DNA of 43,173 nucleotides from a virus. The stretch covers positions 1 through 43,173 of the IMG/VR virus record IMGVR_UViG_3300045988_018940, one strand, 5' to 3'. This document shows, piece after piece, positions 8,165-16,478 of the stretch. Every line of letters starts with the position of its first letter. The stretch's first letter is position 1. Below the pieces are notes generated by a model. The model had not been told where the DNA came from and ran no database searches. It saw only the letters and a program-made list of their open reading frames with translations. Both the position numbers and the translations under genes were made by a program.

Positions 8165-8234
8165 GCCGCCTGAGCGCAGTTTGGAGCGCGTGTTAGCTGA
8201 GATATTGCTGGCTGGTTCGAGTTCAAGGGCGGTG
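8165..8234 (+). pseudogene. degenerate tRNA-like sequence
   Basis: The acceptor GCCGCCT/GGGCGGT and the D-arm GCGC-AGTTTGGA-GCGC fold. The T-loop TTCGAGT is present, but its stem pairs at only 3 of 5 positions. There is no 5-bp/7-nt anticodon arm. Confidence 0.4.
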
Positions 8235-8240
8235 TTTTAT

Positions 8241-8313
8241 ACTCCGGTAGCTCAAGTGGTAGAGCAGCGGTCTCCAAAACCGCATGTTGCAGGTTCGAGT
8301 CCTGCCGGGAGTG
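8241..8313 (+). tRNA. tRNA-Trp (anticodon CCA)
   Basis: 73-nt cloverleaf: ACTCCGG TA GCTC AAGTGGTA GAGC A GCGGT CTCCAAA ACCGC ATGTT GCAGG TTCGAGT CCTGC CGGGAGT G. It has A1-U72 and G73, as in bacterial tRNA-Trp, and one acceptor mismatch (6-67). Confidence 0.85.
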
Positions 8314-8437
8314 CTTGCATGATCTGACGAGAGCGGGGAGTGCAATAGCGGGGCATCCAGCCGCGAAAGCTCTGGGTGCAGCGGCATCCACCGTTTACGC
8401 CTGTCCGTCAAACTGAATGCACGGGTGCTGCTTATAT

Positions 8438-8573
8438 GCCGTCATAGCTCAATAGGCAGAGCGCCGCCCATTTAAGGCGGGACAACATTGGTGATACCAC
8501 GGGAACATCACTGCACAGCCAACCACTGCGCACATCCATTCCGTGGGTGCTGGTTCGAATCCGGCTGGCGGAA
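8438..8573 (+). tRNA. aberrant tRNA-like gene (UUU/Lys-like loop with A at position 33 and a 68-nt insertion in the variable region)
   Basis: Acceptor GCCGTCA/TGGCGGA (1-72 mismatch). D-arm GCTC-AATAGGCA-GAGC. Anticodon arm CCGCC-CATTTAA-GGCGG. A 68-nt stretch at 8481-8548 holds internal hairpins. T-arm GCTGG-TTCGAAT-CCGGC. Confidence 0.45.
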
Positions 8574-8588
8574 CATTCGATATTCTGA

Positions 8589-8619
8589 CCGTTCGGATTT
8601 TCCGGGCGGTTTTTCTTTT
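8589..8619 (+). terminator. rho-independent terminator closing the RNA locus
   Basis: CCGTTCGG-atttt-CCGGGCGG (8 bp, 2 GU) followed by TTTTTCTTTT. Confidence 0.75.
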
Positions 8620-8644
8620 GTATGAGTTTAGAGAGGTGGTGGCG

Positions 8645-9112
8645 GTGGGCGCACGGCGGCTGACAGATAAGCAAAAAAAGAAGATCGTTGCGGACTATGT
8701 GCAGCTCCAAAGCTACCGTGCAGCCGCAAAGCTGAATGATGTTTCGGACGCGACCGTTAAGAAAGTCGTAAAGGAAAACCCGGAGAGTGCGCGCTTGTGT
8801 GCACAAAAAAAACGGGAAAATTCGAAGGATATGCTTTCTTACATGGAAAGCAAGCAAGGGGAAGCACAAGAGCTCCTCGGGCTGTATCTGAAAGCGATGG
8901 CAGACCCAGACAAAATTGCAGAAGCGACGCTGCCGCAGCTGTCCACAGCGTTTGGCACCATCGTGGACAAGTTTGCTATGCTGGGAGACCAGAGCGGAAT
9001 AGAAGTCCCGGACGATGGCCTTCTTGAGGCCCTGAGCGCCGCCGCAGACCTCAGCCCGCCGGATGACGTGGAGATGCTTCCGGAGGAAGAGGACGACAAT
9101 GCGGAAAAGTAA
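8645..9112 (+). CDS. terS: terminase small subunit
   Basis: GTG at 8645 follows GAGGTGG (GTG at 8636 or 8639 are alternatives). N-terminal HTH is LTDKQKKKIVADYVQLQSYRAAAKLNDVSDATVKKVV, with an acidic C-terminus. Sits directly upstream of and overlapping terL. Confidence 0.7.
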   Translation: MGARRLTDKQKKKIVADYVQLQSYRAAAKLNDVSDATVKKVVKENPESARLCAQKKRENSKDMLSYMESKQGEAQELLGLYLKAMADPDKIAEATLPQLSTAFGTIVDKFAMLGDQSGIEVPDDGLLEALSAAADLSPPDDVEMLPEEEDDNAEK

Positions 9113-10346
9113 CGGTTTTCGCTGGAAAGCCATCAGCCAGCGGCAAAAGATGGTTCTTTGCTGGTGGACGCCGCAGAGCGCATACAGCGGCTACAACGGA
9201 ATCATCGCCGATGGTGCTATCCGCTCGGGCAAGACCTTTGCCATGAGCTTTTCTTTTGTCCAGTGGGCTATGACCTGCTACAGCGGCCAGCAGTTTGCCA
9301 TGTGTGGCAAGACCATCGCCAGTTTCCGACGCAACGTGCTGGGCACACTCAAGCAGCAGCTTGCAGCCCGTGGCTACAGCGTCAAGGAACGCCGGGCAGA
9401 AAACTGCATGACCGTCAGCAAGGGCGGAAAAGTTAACGAGTTTTACTTTTTCGGCGGCAAGGACGAGAGCAGCCAAGACCTGATTCAGGGCATCACCCTT
9501 GCGGGCGCGTTCTTCGACGAGGTGGCCCTGATGCCGCAAAGCTTCGTCAATCAGGCCACAGCCCGTTGCTCTGTCACCGGGTCAAAATTCTGGTTCAACT
9601 GCAACCCGGGCAGCCCGCAGCATTGGTTTTATCTCGAGTGGGTGCGGAAATGCCGTTCCCGCAAGATGATGTATCTCCATTTTACGATGGACGACAACCT
9701 GTCACTTTCCGAGGACATCAAGGCCAGATACCGCAGCCAGTACAGCGGCGTTTTCTACCAGCGCTACATTCTTGGCCTGTGGACCGTGGCAGAGGGCCTT
9801 GTGTATGACATGTTCGACCGCAAGAAGCACGTCGTTGATGTGCTGCCGGAGCTGTCTCCAAAGAGCGCCTATGTGGCGTGCGACTTTGGCACCCAGAACG
9901 CAACGACCTTTCTACTGTTCCAGAAGCAGGCAGACGCAGACTGCTGGATCGTCACCCGGGAGTACTACTACAGCGGCCGCGAACAGAAGCAGCAAAAGAC
10001 CGTGGGCGAGTACGTCGCAGACCTCAAGACGTGGCTGAACGGACTCAAGCCGGAGAGGATCATCGTTGACCCCTCTGCCCTGCCCCTGATTACAGAGCTG
10101 CGCAAGAACGGATTCACGCAGACCCCCGCAAACAACGACGTTCTGAGCGGCATTCTGGACGTGCAGACCATGCTGCAGACCGGGCGACTGAAGATTTACA
10201 AAGACTGCAAGCACACGCTGGAAGAGTTCGGCGTGTACGCTTGGGATCCAGATAAAGACGACACCGTGCTGAAGGTCAACGACCACTGCATGGACGCTAT
10301 CCGATATTTTGTGCGCACGAAGCGCCTTGTGAAACTGAGGGATTGA
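9099..10346 (+). CDS. terL: terminase large subunit (PBSX/SPP1-like)
   Basis: Walker A DGAIRSGKT. The rest includes ...FFDEVALMP...WFNCNPGSPQHWFY...DHCMDAIRYF. ATG at 9099 is in frame within ORF 9063..10346. Confidence 0.92.
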   Translation: MRKSNGFRWKAISQRQKMVLCWWTPQSAYSGYNGIIADGAIRSGKTFAMSFSFVQWAMTCYSGQQFAMCGKTIASFRRNVLGTLKQQLAARGYSVKERRAENCMTVSKGGKVNEFYFFGGKDESSQDLIQGITLAGAFFDEVALMPQSFVNQATARCSVTGSKFWFNCNPGSPQHWFYLEWVRKCRSRKMMYLHFTMDDNLSLSEDIKARYRSQYSGVFYQRYILGLWTVAEGLVYDMFDRKKHVVDVLPELSPKSAYVACDFGTQNATTFLLFQKQADADCWIVTREYYYSGREQKQQKTVGEYVADLKTWLNGLKPERIIVDPSALPLITELRKNGFTQTPANNDVLSGILDVQTMLQTGRLKIYKDCKHTLEEFGVYAWDPDKDDTVLKVNDHCMDAIRYFVRTKRLVKLRD

Positions 10347-11743
10347 TTTTGAGCACTGTATACACATTCCAGACCTTCCAGCAGGCGCAAGCCGCCGGGG
10401 AACAGCCTGATTTCATCCGGCGCTTCGTGCAGCAGCACTGCACTTCCGGGCCGTACAAGATGGCGCTGGACGCCGACCTGTACGATGCCCAGAAAAACCC
10501 GGGGGCTGAACGCTTCGCACAGGCTTACGCTTTGATGCTGAAACGTCTGTCCAAAAACACCAAGCAGGACACCCCACACCCCGATATGGTCAAGAGCAAT
10601 CTTTTCCGGCGGCTCAACAAACAGCGGGCGACCTACTCCCTCGGCAACGGCGTAGTCTTTGCGGACGATGGCGTGGACAAGGACAGGCTGGGGCAGAACT
10701 TTGACGAGCAGATCCAGAAAGCCGGATATTTCGCCCTGATCCACGGCGAGAGCTTTGGCTTCTGGAACAACGACCATCTGGTGGTTTTCAAGCTGACCGA
10801 GTTCGCGCCCCTGTACGATGAAAAAACAGGCCTTTTGCAGGCAGGCGTGCGCTTCTGGCGGCTGAACCCGGACACGGATATGCACTACATCCTGTACGAG
10901 CTGAACGGCTTCACTGAGTACACGGAAAGCAAAATCGGCAGCACGATGCAGGAGACCGTGCCGAAGCAGGCATACAAGAGCGTGACCGTCACCACACCCG
11001 GCGGCGGGTTGGAAAGCGTGGAGGGTGAAAACTACAGTGCTCTTCCCATTGTGCCGCTGTGGGGTTCAGATCTGCATCAGAGCACCCTTGTGGGGCTGAA
11101 AGCCTACATTGACAACACCGATCTGGTGATGTCCGGCTTCTGCAATGACTTGCAGGACTTTTCGCAGATCTACTGGTTGTGCGAGAACTTCAACGGCATG
11201 ACCGATGACGAGCTGCAGGAGTTCCTTGTCAAGCTGAATCTGTACCACATTGCAGGCGCAGACACCAGCGAGGGCGGCAAAATCACTCCCTACACCACCG
11301 AGATCCCCGTGACGGCACGGCAGGCTCTGTTGGAGCTGCTCCACACCCGGGTGTATGAGGACTTCGGCGGTCTGGACGTGCACTGTGTGAGCGCGGACAG
11401 CACCAACGACCATCTGGATGCAGCCTATGAGCCGCTGAACCAGAACGCGGACGACTTCGAGGCGCAGGTCAAGCCGTTCATCCGGCAGATCTGCGCACTG
11501 GCTGGCTTTGACAACGCTATGCCGACATTCAACCGCAGCAAGATCACCAACACAGCTGAGCAGGTCGCAACAGTAATTTCTGAGGCACCCATCATCGGGC
11601 AGGACATGGCCATTGACCTGCTGCCCAACCTGACCCCGGAACAAAAGGAGCAGGCCAAGGCCGCGCTGATGGCTGAGAGCGCAACACGGGAGACCGTGGA
11701 CGAGAACGAGGAAGAGGAGGAGAACGAGGATGAAAACTCATGA
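10343..11743 (+). CDS. portal protein (SPP1 gp6-like)
   Basis: 466-aa ORF immediately after terL with an acidic C-terminal tail. The start is TTG at 10343 or 10349. Size and position fit a portal. Confidence 0.8.
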   Translation: MILSTVYTFQTFQQAQAAGEQPDFIRRFVQQHCTSGPYKMALDADLYDAQKNPGAERFAQAYALMLKRLSKNTKQDTPHPDMVKSNLFRRLNKQRATYSLGNGVVFADDGVDKDRLGQNFDEQIQKAGYFALIHGESFGFWNNDHLVVFKLTEFAPLYDEKTGLLQAGVRFWRLNPDTDMHYILYELNGFTEYTESKIGSTMQETVPKQAYKSVTVTTPGGGLESVEGENYSALPIVPLWGSDLHQSTLVGLKAYIDNTDLVMSGFCNDLQDFSQIYWLCENFNGMTDDELQEFLVKLNLYHIAGADTSEGGKITPYTTEIPVTARQALLELLHTRVYEDFGGLDVHCVSADSTNDHLDAAYEPLNQNADDFEAQVKPFIRQICALAGFDNAMPTFNRSKITNTAEQVATVISEAPIIGQDMAIDLLPNLTPEQKEQAKAALMAESATRETVDENEEEEENEDENS

Positions 11744-11747
11744 CAGG

Positions 11748-11909
11748 ATGAAAATATTTTTCTGGATTTTCTTTGGCGTGTGCGTTGCGTTTATCATTGG
11801 AAGCGTAATTTTGAACGCCGTTTTAGCTGTTTACTACGTCAAAGGCGTTTTTAGCGCAGATATGCCTGAATGGGCTAAATGGGCGCTTGTGACTTTTGCG
11901 GTGTCATGA
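11748..11909 (+). CDS. small membrane protein (53 aa)
   Basis: MKIFFWIFFGVCVAFIIGSVILNAVLAVYYVKGVFSADMPEWAKWALVTFAVS. The stop overlaps the next start (ATGA). Not in the ORF track because it is shorter than 60 aa. Confidence 0.45.
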   Translation: MKIFFWIFFGVCVAFIIGSVILNAVLAVYYVKGVFSADMPEWAKWALVTFAVS

Positions 11910-12997
11910 AACAAACCGACCGTGACCGCATCTCTACCCGCCAACTGAACCGCCTGCGCCGCCGTATCCTCCGGGTGTACGGCACTGCCCGCCGGGAGAT
12001 GCAGGAGCAGCTGACCGAGTTTCTGGCAAAGTACAAAGCGCTGGACGAGCGCAAGCGGGCGCAGCTGGATGCAGGCGAGATCACCGAGGACGAATACCGC
12101 ATCTGGTTGCAAAATCAGGTGTTTCAATCCGATTTGATGCGTCAGAAGCTGGACGGCATCACGCAGACTTGCACCACAGCCCAAGAGACGGCCTACAAGC
12201 TTGCCCGGGACGAGCAATACAACATCTTTTCCTTCGGCGCAAACTGGGCTTTCTACGAGCTGGAACAGGCCGCAGGCGTGACGTTCGGGCTGACCCTGTA
12301 CAACGCCGAAGCGGTCAAGCTTCTGCTGAAGGAGAACCCCCGCATGGTGACCAACAAGCGCATCAAGAGCGAGAGCAACCGCACCTATGACGCCCGTGTG
12401 TTCAATCGCTACGTCATGCAGGGCATCGTGCAGGGCAAGAGCGTCCACGACATCGCCGTGCAGGCCGTCAACGGCATGGCTGACACAGAGATCCACTGGG
12501 CCATGAACAACGCCATCACAGCTCTTACCAGCGCCCAGAATGCCGGGGCTTTGCAGCAGATGCGAAACGCCCAGGCTTTGGGAATCGAGGTCAAAAAGCG
12601 GTGGAACTCCACCCACGACTACCGCACCCGTGAGATGCACCGCTTGCTTGACCAGCAGACGGCAGAGCTTGACGAGCCGTTCAAGGTCATGGGCTATGAG
12701 ATTCAGCGCCCCGGAGACCCAAACGCGGCCCCGGAGATGGTCTACCACTGCCGCTGTGTGCTGTCCTCTGCGCTGGGCAAGTATCCCCGGCAGAACGCCA
12801 TGCAGCGGGATAATACGGTTACATACGAGGACACAGGCATGGTGGACTCCAAAGGCAAACCCATCAAAGTGGCAGTAAAGAAAGCCGTGCCGGTTATGAC
12901 CTATACCGAGTGGTACAAAGCCAAAGGCGGCACGGAAGCTGAACAGATGTGGTGGGCGAAAGAGAGAAAACGCAAGAAGGAGGCGGCTGGAAAATGA
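11906..12997 (+). CDS. head morphogenesis protein (SPP1 gp7 / Mu F family)
   Basis: Follows the portal. Contains ...STHDYRTREMHRLLDQQ...PGDPNAAPEMVYHCRCVL, the characteristic HxxCRC region. Confidence 0.8.
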   Translation: MKQTDRDRISTRQLNRLRRRILRVYGTARREMQEQLTEFLAKYKALDERKRAQLDAGEITEDEYRIWLQNQVFQSDLMRQKLDGITQTCTTAQETAYKLARDEQYNIFSFGANWAFYELEQAAGVTFGLTLYNAEAVKLLLKENPRMVTNKRIKSESNRTYDARVFNRYVMQGIVQGKSVHDIAVQAVNGMADTEIHWAMNNAITALTSAQNAGALQQMRNAQALGIEVKKRWNSTHDYRTREMHRLLDQQTAELDEPFKVMGYEIQRPGDPNAAPEMVYHCRCVLSSALGKYPRQNAMQRDNTVTYEDTGMVDSKGKPIKVAVKKAVPVMTYTEWYKAKGGTEAEQMWWAKERKRKKEAAGK

Positions 12998-13167
12998 ACT
13001 TTGTCGAAAATTTCGAGAAGCTTGCAAAGGCATTTTACAATGCCGGCGGAACCGCTAAAAATTTCGCCGAAGCGGTCAGGAAGGCTGAAAAGGCAGCGAA
13101 CCGTCCCGATTGGCCGAAAACTTATTTTGAAAGCAAGAGAAAGAGGAAGGTTGCAAAGCATGGATGA
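12994..13167 (+). CDS. hypothetical small protein
   Basis: ATG at 12994 follows GGAGGCGG (MNFVENFEKLAKAFYNAGG...). Confidence 0.45.
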   Translation: MNFVENFEKLAKAFYNAGGTAKNFAEAVRKAEKAANRPDWPKTYFESKRKRKVAKHG

Positions 13168-13393
13168 GAAGAAGCCTTGCAAATTTTGTGAGAGGCTTGC
13201 GTGGTGGAAGGAAAATTCCCCCAAAGGGGAGAACGGCCTTTACACCACGTTTCAAGTCAGTCTTATCACAAAAACGCACAGGAAAGGCGCAGGCGTGTGC
13301 GGTACGGTAACGCATCGTGCCGGACAGCTGAATTTCTGCCCTGAGTGCGGTCGTATCTTAAAGAAAAAGCGAGAACCGAGGGGTGAACCATGA
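13160..13393 (+). CDS. small zinc-ribbon protein
   Basis: MDEKKPCKFCERLAWW...LNFCPECGRIL; in-frame ATG at 13160. Confidence 0.45.
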   Translation: MDEKKPCKFCERLAWWKENSPKGENGLYTTFQVSLITKTHRKGAGVCGTVTHRAGQLNFCPECGRILKKKREPRGEP

Positions 13394-13839
13394 ACTTTAG
13401 CTACAACATCAAATTCACCGACAACACCCCACAGCTGCATGAGGCTCTGGACTCGTGGGCGGAGCGGGTGCTGACCATCTGGGGCATGAAAGTGCAGGAC
13501 TACGCCCAGCTGCTTGTGCGCCCCGGCACGGCAGACAGTACGGGCATTGAGGGCTACGTGGGCGGCGCACTCAAGCAAAGCCTGACCTACGCCGTAGACC
13601 TTGCAAAAAAGACCGTGACCATCGGGTCAAATCTCTTTTACAGCGTATACGTTGAGCTTGGCACGGGCAATTTTGCTGAGAAGGGCAACGGACGCAAAAC
13701 GCCGTGGGTCTGGAAGGACTTCAACGGCAAGTGGCACTTTACCCGGGGCATGAAAGCCCGCCCGTTCCTCCGCCCGGCGGTGGAAAATCACATCGACGAG
13801 CTTCGGCAGATCGCAGTGGAAGAAGGAAACAAGGAATGA
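13390..13839 (+). CDS. HK97 gp10-like head-tail joining protein
   Basis: ...SNLFYSVYVELGTGNFAEKGNGRKTPW...GMKARPFLRPAVENH resembles the gp10 family motif (YAxxVExGT ... PFLxPA). Confidence 0.6.
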   Translation: MNFSYNIKFTDNTPQLHEALDSWAERVLTIWGMKVQDYAQLLVRPGTADSTGIEGYVGGALKQSLTYAVDLAKKTVTIGSNLFYSVYVELGTGNFAEKGNGRKTPWVWKDFNGKWHFTRGMKARPFLRPAVENHIDELRQIAVEEGNKE

Positions 13840-13994
13840 GCGAAGAAAAACACACTTGCTGCAACTGCTGCTGGCATGATGCATTTTCGTGGGTCTGTTT
13901 CAATGGCGGCTCTGAGCGGGCAGCTGATTTTACAGACCCGGAAGATACTTGCCCGGGATGGAAGGTAAGACCAGCAGAGGAAAAAGAAATTTAA
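13836..13994 (+). CDS. small Cys-rich protein (52 aa)
   Basis: MSEEKHTCCNCCWHDAFSWVCFNGG...; ATGA overlap start. Confidence 0.4.
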   Translation: MSEEKHTCCNCCWHDAFSWVCFNGGSERAADFTDPEDTCPGWKVRPAEEKEI

Positions 13995-13998
13995 TACT

Positions 13999-14030
13999 CA
14001 GCGGTTGGCGCACAGCGTCAGCCGCTTTTT
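13999..14030 (+). terminator. rho-independent terminator
   Basis: 12-bp stem AGCGGTTGGCGC-aca-GCGTCAGCCGCT followed by TTTTTT. Confidence 0.85.
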
Positions 14031-14032
14031 TA

Positions 14033-14110
14033 TGCCGCTTTAGCTCAGGTTGGCAGAGCACCGGATTTGTAATCCGGGGGCCGTGGGTTCAAGCCCCACA
14101 GGTGGCACCA
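14033..14110 (+). tRNA. tRNA-Thr (anticodon UGU), CCA encoded
   Basis: GCCGCTT TA GCTC AGGTTGGC AGAGC A CCGGA TTTGTAA TCCGG GGGCC GTGGG TTCAAGC CCCAC AGGTGGC A CCA. Confidence 0.9.
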
Positions 14111-14185
14111 CACCGGCAGCACGTCCGGCAAATAAACCTTATTGCCAAGCATGGCAGCCCAAGCAAGGGCGGAAAGGACTATCAC

Positions 14186-14773
14186 ATGGCACTCAAAAGA
14201 GCTGACATCCGCACGATTCTAGAGAACCCCGAAACCTCCAACGATGACAAGGCCAAGGCCATTCTGGACGCCCTGCACAAGGAGACGGACGAACTCAAAG
14301 ACCAGCTGGATGCAGAAAAAACAGCCCGCACACAAGCCGAGAAAGACCGTGATGCAGCCACCAGCGGCAAGCAGGCCGCTGAACAGGCGCTGACCGACTA
14401 CAAGGCCCAGCAGACCCAGAAGGACACCCACGCAGCCAAGGAAGCCAAGTTCCGGGAGCTGCTCAAGGCCGCCGGGGTGCTGGATAAGTACGCAGACCGC
14501 GTTGTGCGGCTGTCCGGCGAAGACATCGACAAGTTGGATCTGGACGAAAAGGGCAACGTCAAGGACGCCAAGAAGCACGCCGACAGCCTGAAAGCGGATT
14601 GGGGCGACTTTGTGGCTACGACCACGACCACCGGCGCAAAGGTGGACACCCCGCCTACCAACACCGGCTCCAAAATGACCAAAGACCAAATTTTTGCAAT
14701 CAAGGACGCTGGCGAACGTCAGGCCGCGATTGCTGCAAATGCCGACCTTTTCACGGGCGGCGGAAAGGAATAA
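14186..14773 (+). CDS. scaffolding protein
   Basis: Charged, helical 195-aa protein (MALKRADIRTILENPETSNDDKAKAILDALHKETDELKDQLDAEK...) immediately upstream of the capsid gene. Confidence 0.7.
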   Translation: MALKRADIRTILENPETSNDDKAKAILDALHKETDELKDQLDAEKTARTQAEKDRDAATSGKQAAEQALTDYKAQQTQKDTHAAKEAKFRELLKAAGVLDKYADRVVRLSGEDIDKLDLDEKGNVKDAKKHADSLKADWGDFVATTTTTGAKVDTPPTNTGSKMTKDQIFAIKDAGERQAAIAANADLFTGGGKE

Positions 14774-14776
14774 CAC

Positions 14777-15670
14777 ATGCCAGCAAAAGAAAACCTTATC
14801 GCAACTACCGACATTACCGTCAACCCCCGAGAAATCGACTTCGTCACCCGCTTCCAGCGCAACTGGCAGCATCTGCGCGACATCATGGGCATCATGCGCC
14901 CCATCCGGATGCAGCCCGGCACTACCCTCAAGAGCAAGTATGCCGAGGGTACGCTTCAGAGCGGCACTGTTGCTGAGGGCGAGGAGATCCCTTACAGCAA
15001 GTACACCGTCAAAGAAAAGACCTATGCTGACATTACTGTCGAAAAGTTCGCCAAGGCCGTCTCTCTGGAAGCTATCAAGAAGTACGGCTACGATGTCGCT
15101 GTTCAGAAGACCGATGACGAATTCCTGTACCAGCTGACCGCGAACGTCACCGACCGCTTCTACAAGTACCTGAACACCGGCACTCTGAAAGGCACCCCCA
15201 AGACCTTCCAGATGGCTCTGGCGATGGCAAAGGGCAGCGTTGAGGACAAGTTCAAGAACATGCACCGCACCGTCACCGGCGTCGTGGGCTTCGCCAACAT
15301 TCTGGATGTGTACGAGTACCTGGGCGCGGCCAACATCACCGTCCAGAACCAGTTCGGCTTCCAGTACATCAAGGACTTCATGGGTTACAACACCATCTTC
15401 CTGCTTTCCAGCGGCGAAATCGCGCGTGGAAAGGTCATCGCAACCCCGGTGGACAACATCGTCCTGTACTATGTTGACCCCGCCGACAGCGACTTTTCCA
15501 AGGCCGGTCTGGTCTACACCACTGCGGGCGAGGCAAGCAACCTCATCGGCTTCCACACTCAGGGCAACTACCACACCGCAGTCTCGGAGAGCTTCGCCGT
15601 CATGGGCATGACCCTGTTCGCTGAGTATCTGGACGGCATCTCTGTCCAGACTATTACCCCGGGCGAGTAA
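14777..15670 (+). CDS. major capsid protein
   Basis: 297-aa ORF following the scaffold, with a strong RBS. Position and size fit SPP1-type capsid proteins. Confidence 0.8.
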   Translation: MPAKENLIATTDITVNPREIDFVTRFQRNWQHLRDIMGIMRPIRMQPGTTLKSKYAEGTLQSGTVAEGEEIPYSKYTVKEKTYADITVEKFAKAVSLEAIKKYGYDVAVQKTDDEFLYQLTANVTDRFYKYLNTGTLKGTPKTFQMALAMAKGSVEDKFKNMHRTVTGVVGFANILDVYEYLGAANITVQNQFGFQYIKDFMGYNTIFLLSSGEIARGKVIATPVDNIVLYYVDPADSDFSKAGLVYTTAGEASNLIGFHTQGNYHTAVSESFAVMGMTLFAEYLDGISVQTITPGE

Positions 15671-15697
15671 TCGCCCCTTTTGAGTAGGAGGCACCCA

Positions 15698-16108
15698 ATG
15701 ACAGTCCCCGAGCTGTGCGTTTACACGCACAATTTTTTTGACCGGGCGGACGACCCCGTTGCCGGGGAGTTCGCCTTTGAGCCGGACACCGTGCCCTCCG
15801 GGGTAGTGCCGGGGCAGTATTTCCTCGTGTGCGGATCCATCTTCAATGACGGCGTGCACAAGGCCGGGGGCGGTGATCTGACTGCCGAGACCTTTAACGG
15901 CACGGTGCAGCCTATGCGCGTGCCGCCTGATTTTGTGGCGCTGGCTGAAAAAATCGACGCATACGACAAGGCGCTCCCGGCCGGCGGTGTGTATGTGTCC
16001 CAGTCCTTCGGCGGCTGGTCTGGCACGATGGCTGCAGGCGCGGACGGCCTGCCCGCAGACGGAAAGACCCGCTATAAATCCGAGATCAATCAGTGGAGGA
16101 AGATGTGA
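15698..16108 (+). CDS. head-tail connector protein (gp6-like)
   Basis: ATG at 15698 follows AGGAGG. Position directly after the capsid gene. Confidence 0.5.
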   Translation: MTVPELCVYTHNFFDRADDPVAGEFAFEPDTVPSGVVPGQYFLVCGSIFNDGVHKAGGGDLTAETFNGTVQPMRVPPDFVALAEKIDAYDKALPAGGVYVSQSFGGWSGTMAAGADGLPADGKTRYKSEINQWRKM

Positions 16109-16109
16109 C

Positions 16110-16478
16110 ATGGTCAATTCGTTCGCTGCATCCACCGTGATGCAGAGCTTCACCAAAAAATACCGTTTCCAGACCCGCAGTTATGAGCCGGACGGCGTCG
16201 GCGGCTTTGTCTCCGGCTGGACGGACGGCCCGGAATTTGAGGCCGTAGAGCGCCACGATACCACCGTGGAGGCTCAGGTCGCAGAGCAGGCGGCTACAGC
16301 GTCCACCTATACGCTGCTGGTCAACACCGGTGTGCCTCTGGCTTTCCCGGACTACATCAAGCGGATGAGCGACGGGCAGATCTTTCAGGTGACGAGCGCA
16401 GCCGATGAGGGCATCGCTCCGGAAGAATCCGGCATGGGCCTGCGGGCCGTGAAGTGCAAAAAGGCGGTGCTGCCGTAA
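16110..16478 (+). CDS. head closure / head-tail adaptor protein
   Basis: ...YRFQTRSYEPDGVGGFVSGWTDGPEFEAVERHD...DGQIFQVTS resembles the head-closure family. Gene order agrees. Confidence 0.6.
   Translation: MVNSFAASTVMQSFTKKYRFQTRSYEPDGVGGFVSGWTDGPEFEAVERHDTTVEAQVAEQAATASTYTLLVNTGVPLAFPDYIKRMSDGQIFQVTSAADEGIAPEESGMGLRAVKCKKAVLP

Noticed and set aside
7736-8173. 145-aa plus-strand ORF, and minus-strand ORFs 7808..8038, 7867..8130, 8158..8391 and 8223..8411, across the non-coding locus.
   Set aside because: They have no RBS and odd composition. They run through tRNA and tRNA-like sequences and terminator hairpins, and the translations show typical tRNA read-through strings.
8324-8369. A hammerhead-ribozyme-like core: CTGACGAG (8324-8331) followed by CGAAAG (8364-8369).
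   Set aside because: The sequence between the two boxes does not form a stem II closed by the required G-C pair next to the core. No stem III with a GUH cleavage site, and no stem I, could be drawn.
8432-9133. 233-aa minus-strand ORF opposite terS.
   Set aside because: It is antisense to a well-supported terS gene with an HTH and coupling to terL, and it begins inside the tRNA-like element. It is a shadow ORF of GC-rich coding DNA.
14219-16156. 645-aa minus-strand ORF. Similar long antisense ORFs occur at 11834..13033, 25294..26613, 28137..28811, 31841..32752, 33046..34131, 33914..35218 and 41770..42396, plus 30066..31223 on the plus strand.
   Set aside because: All lie antisense to genes with recognisable products or strong RBS and coupling. 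The translations are low-complexity and rich in G, R, A, L and H, as expected for stop-poor antisense frames in GC-rich DNA.
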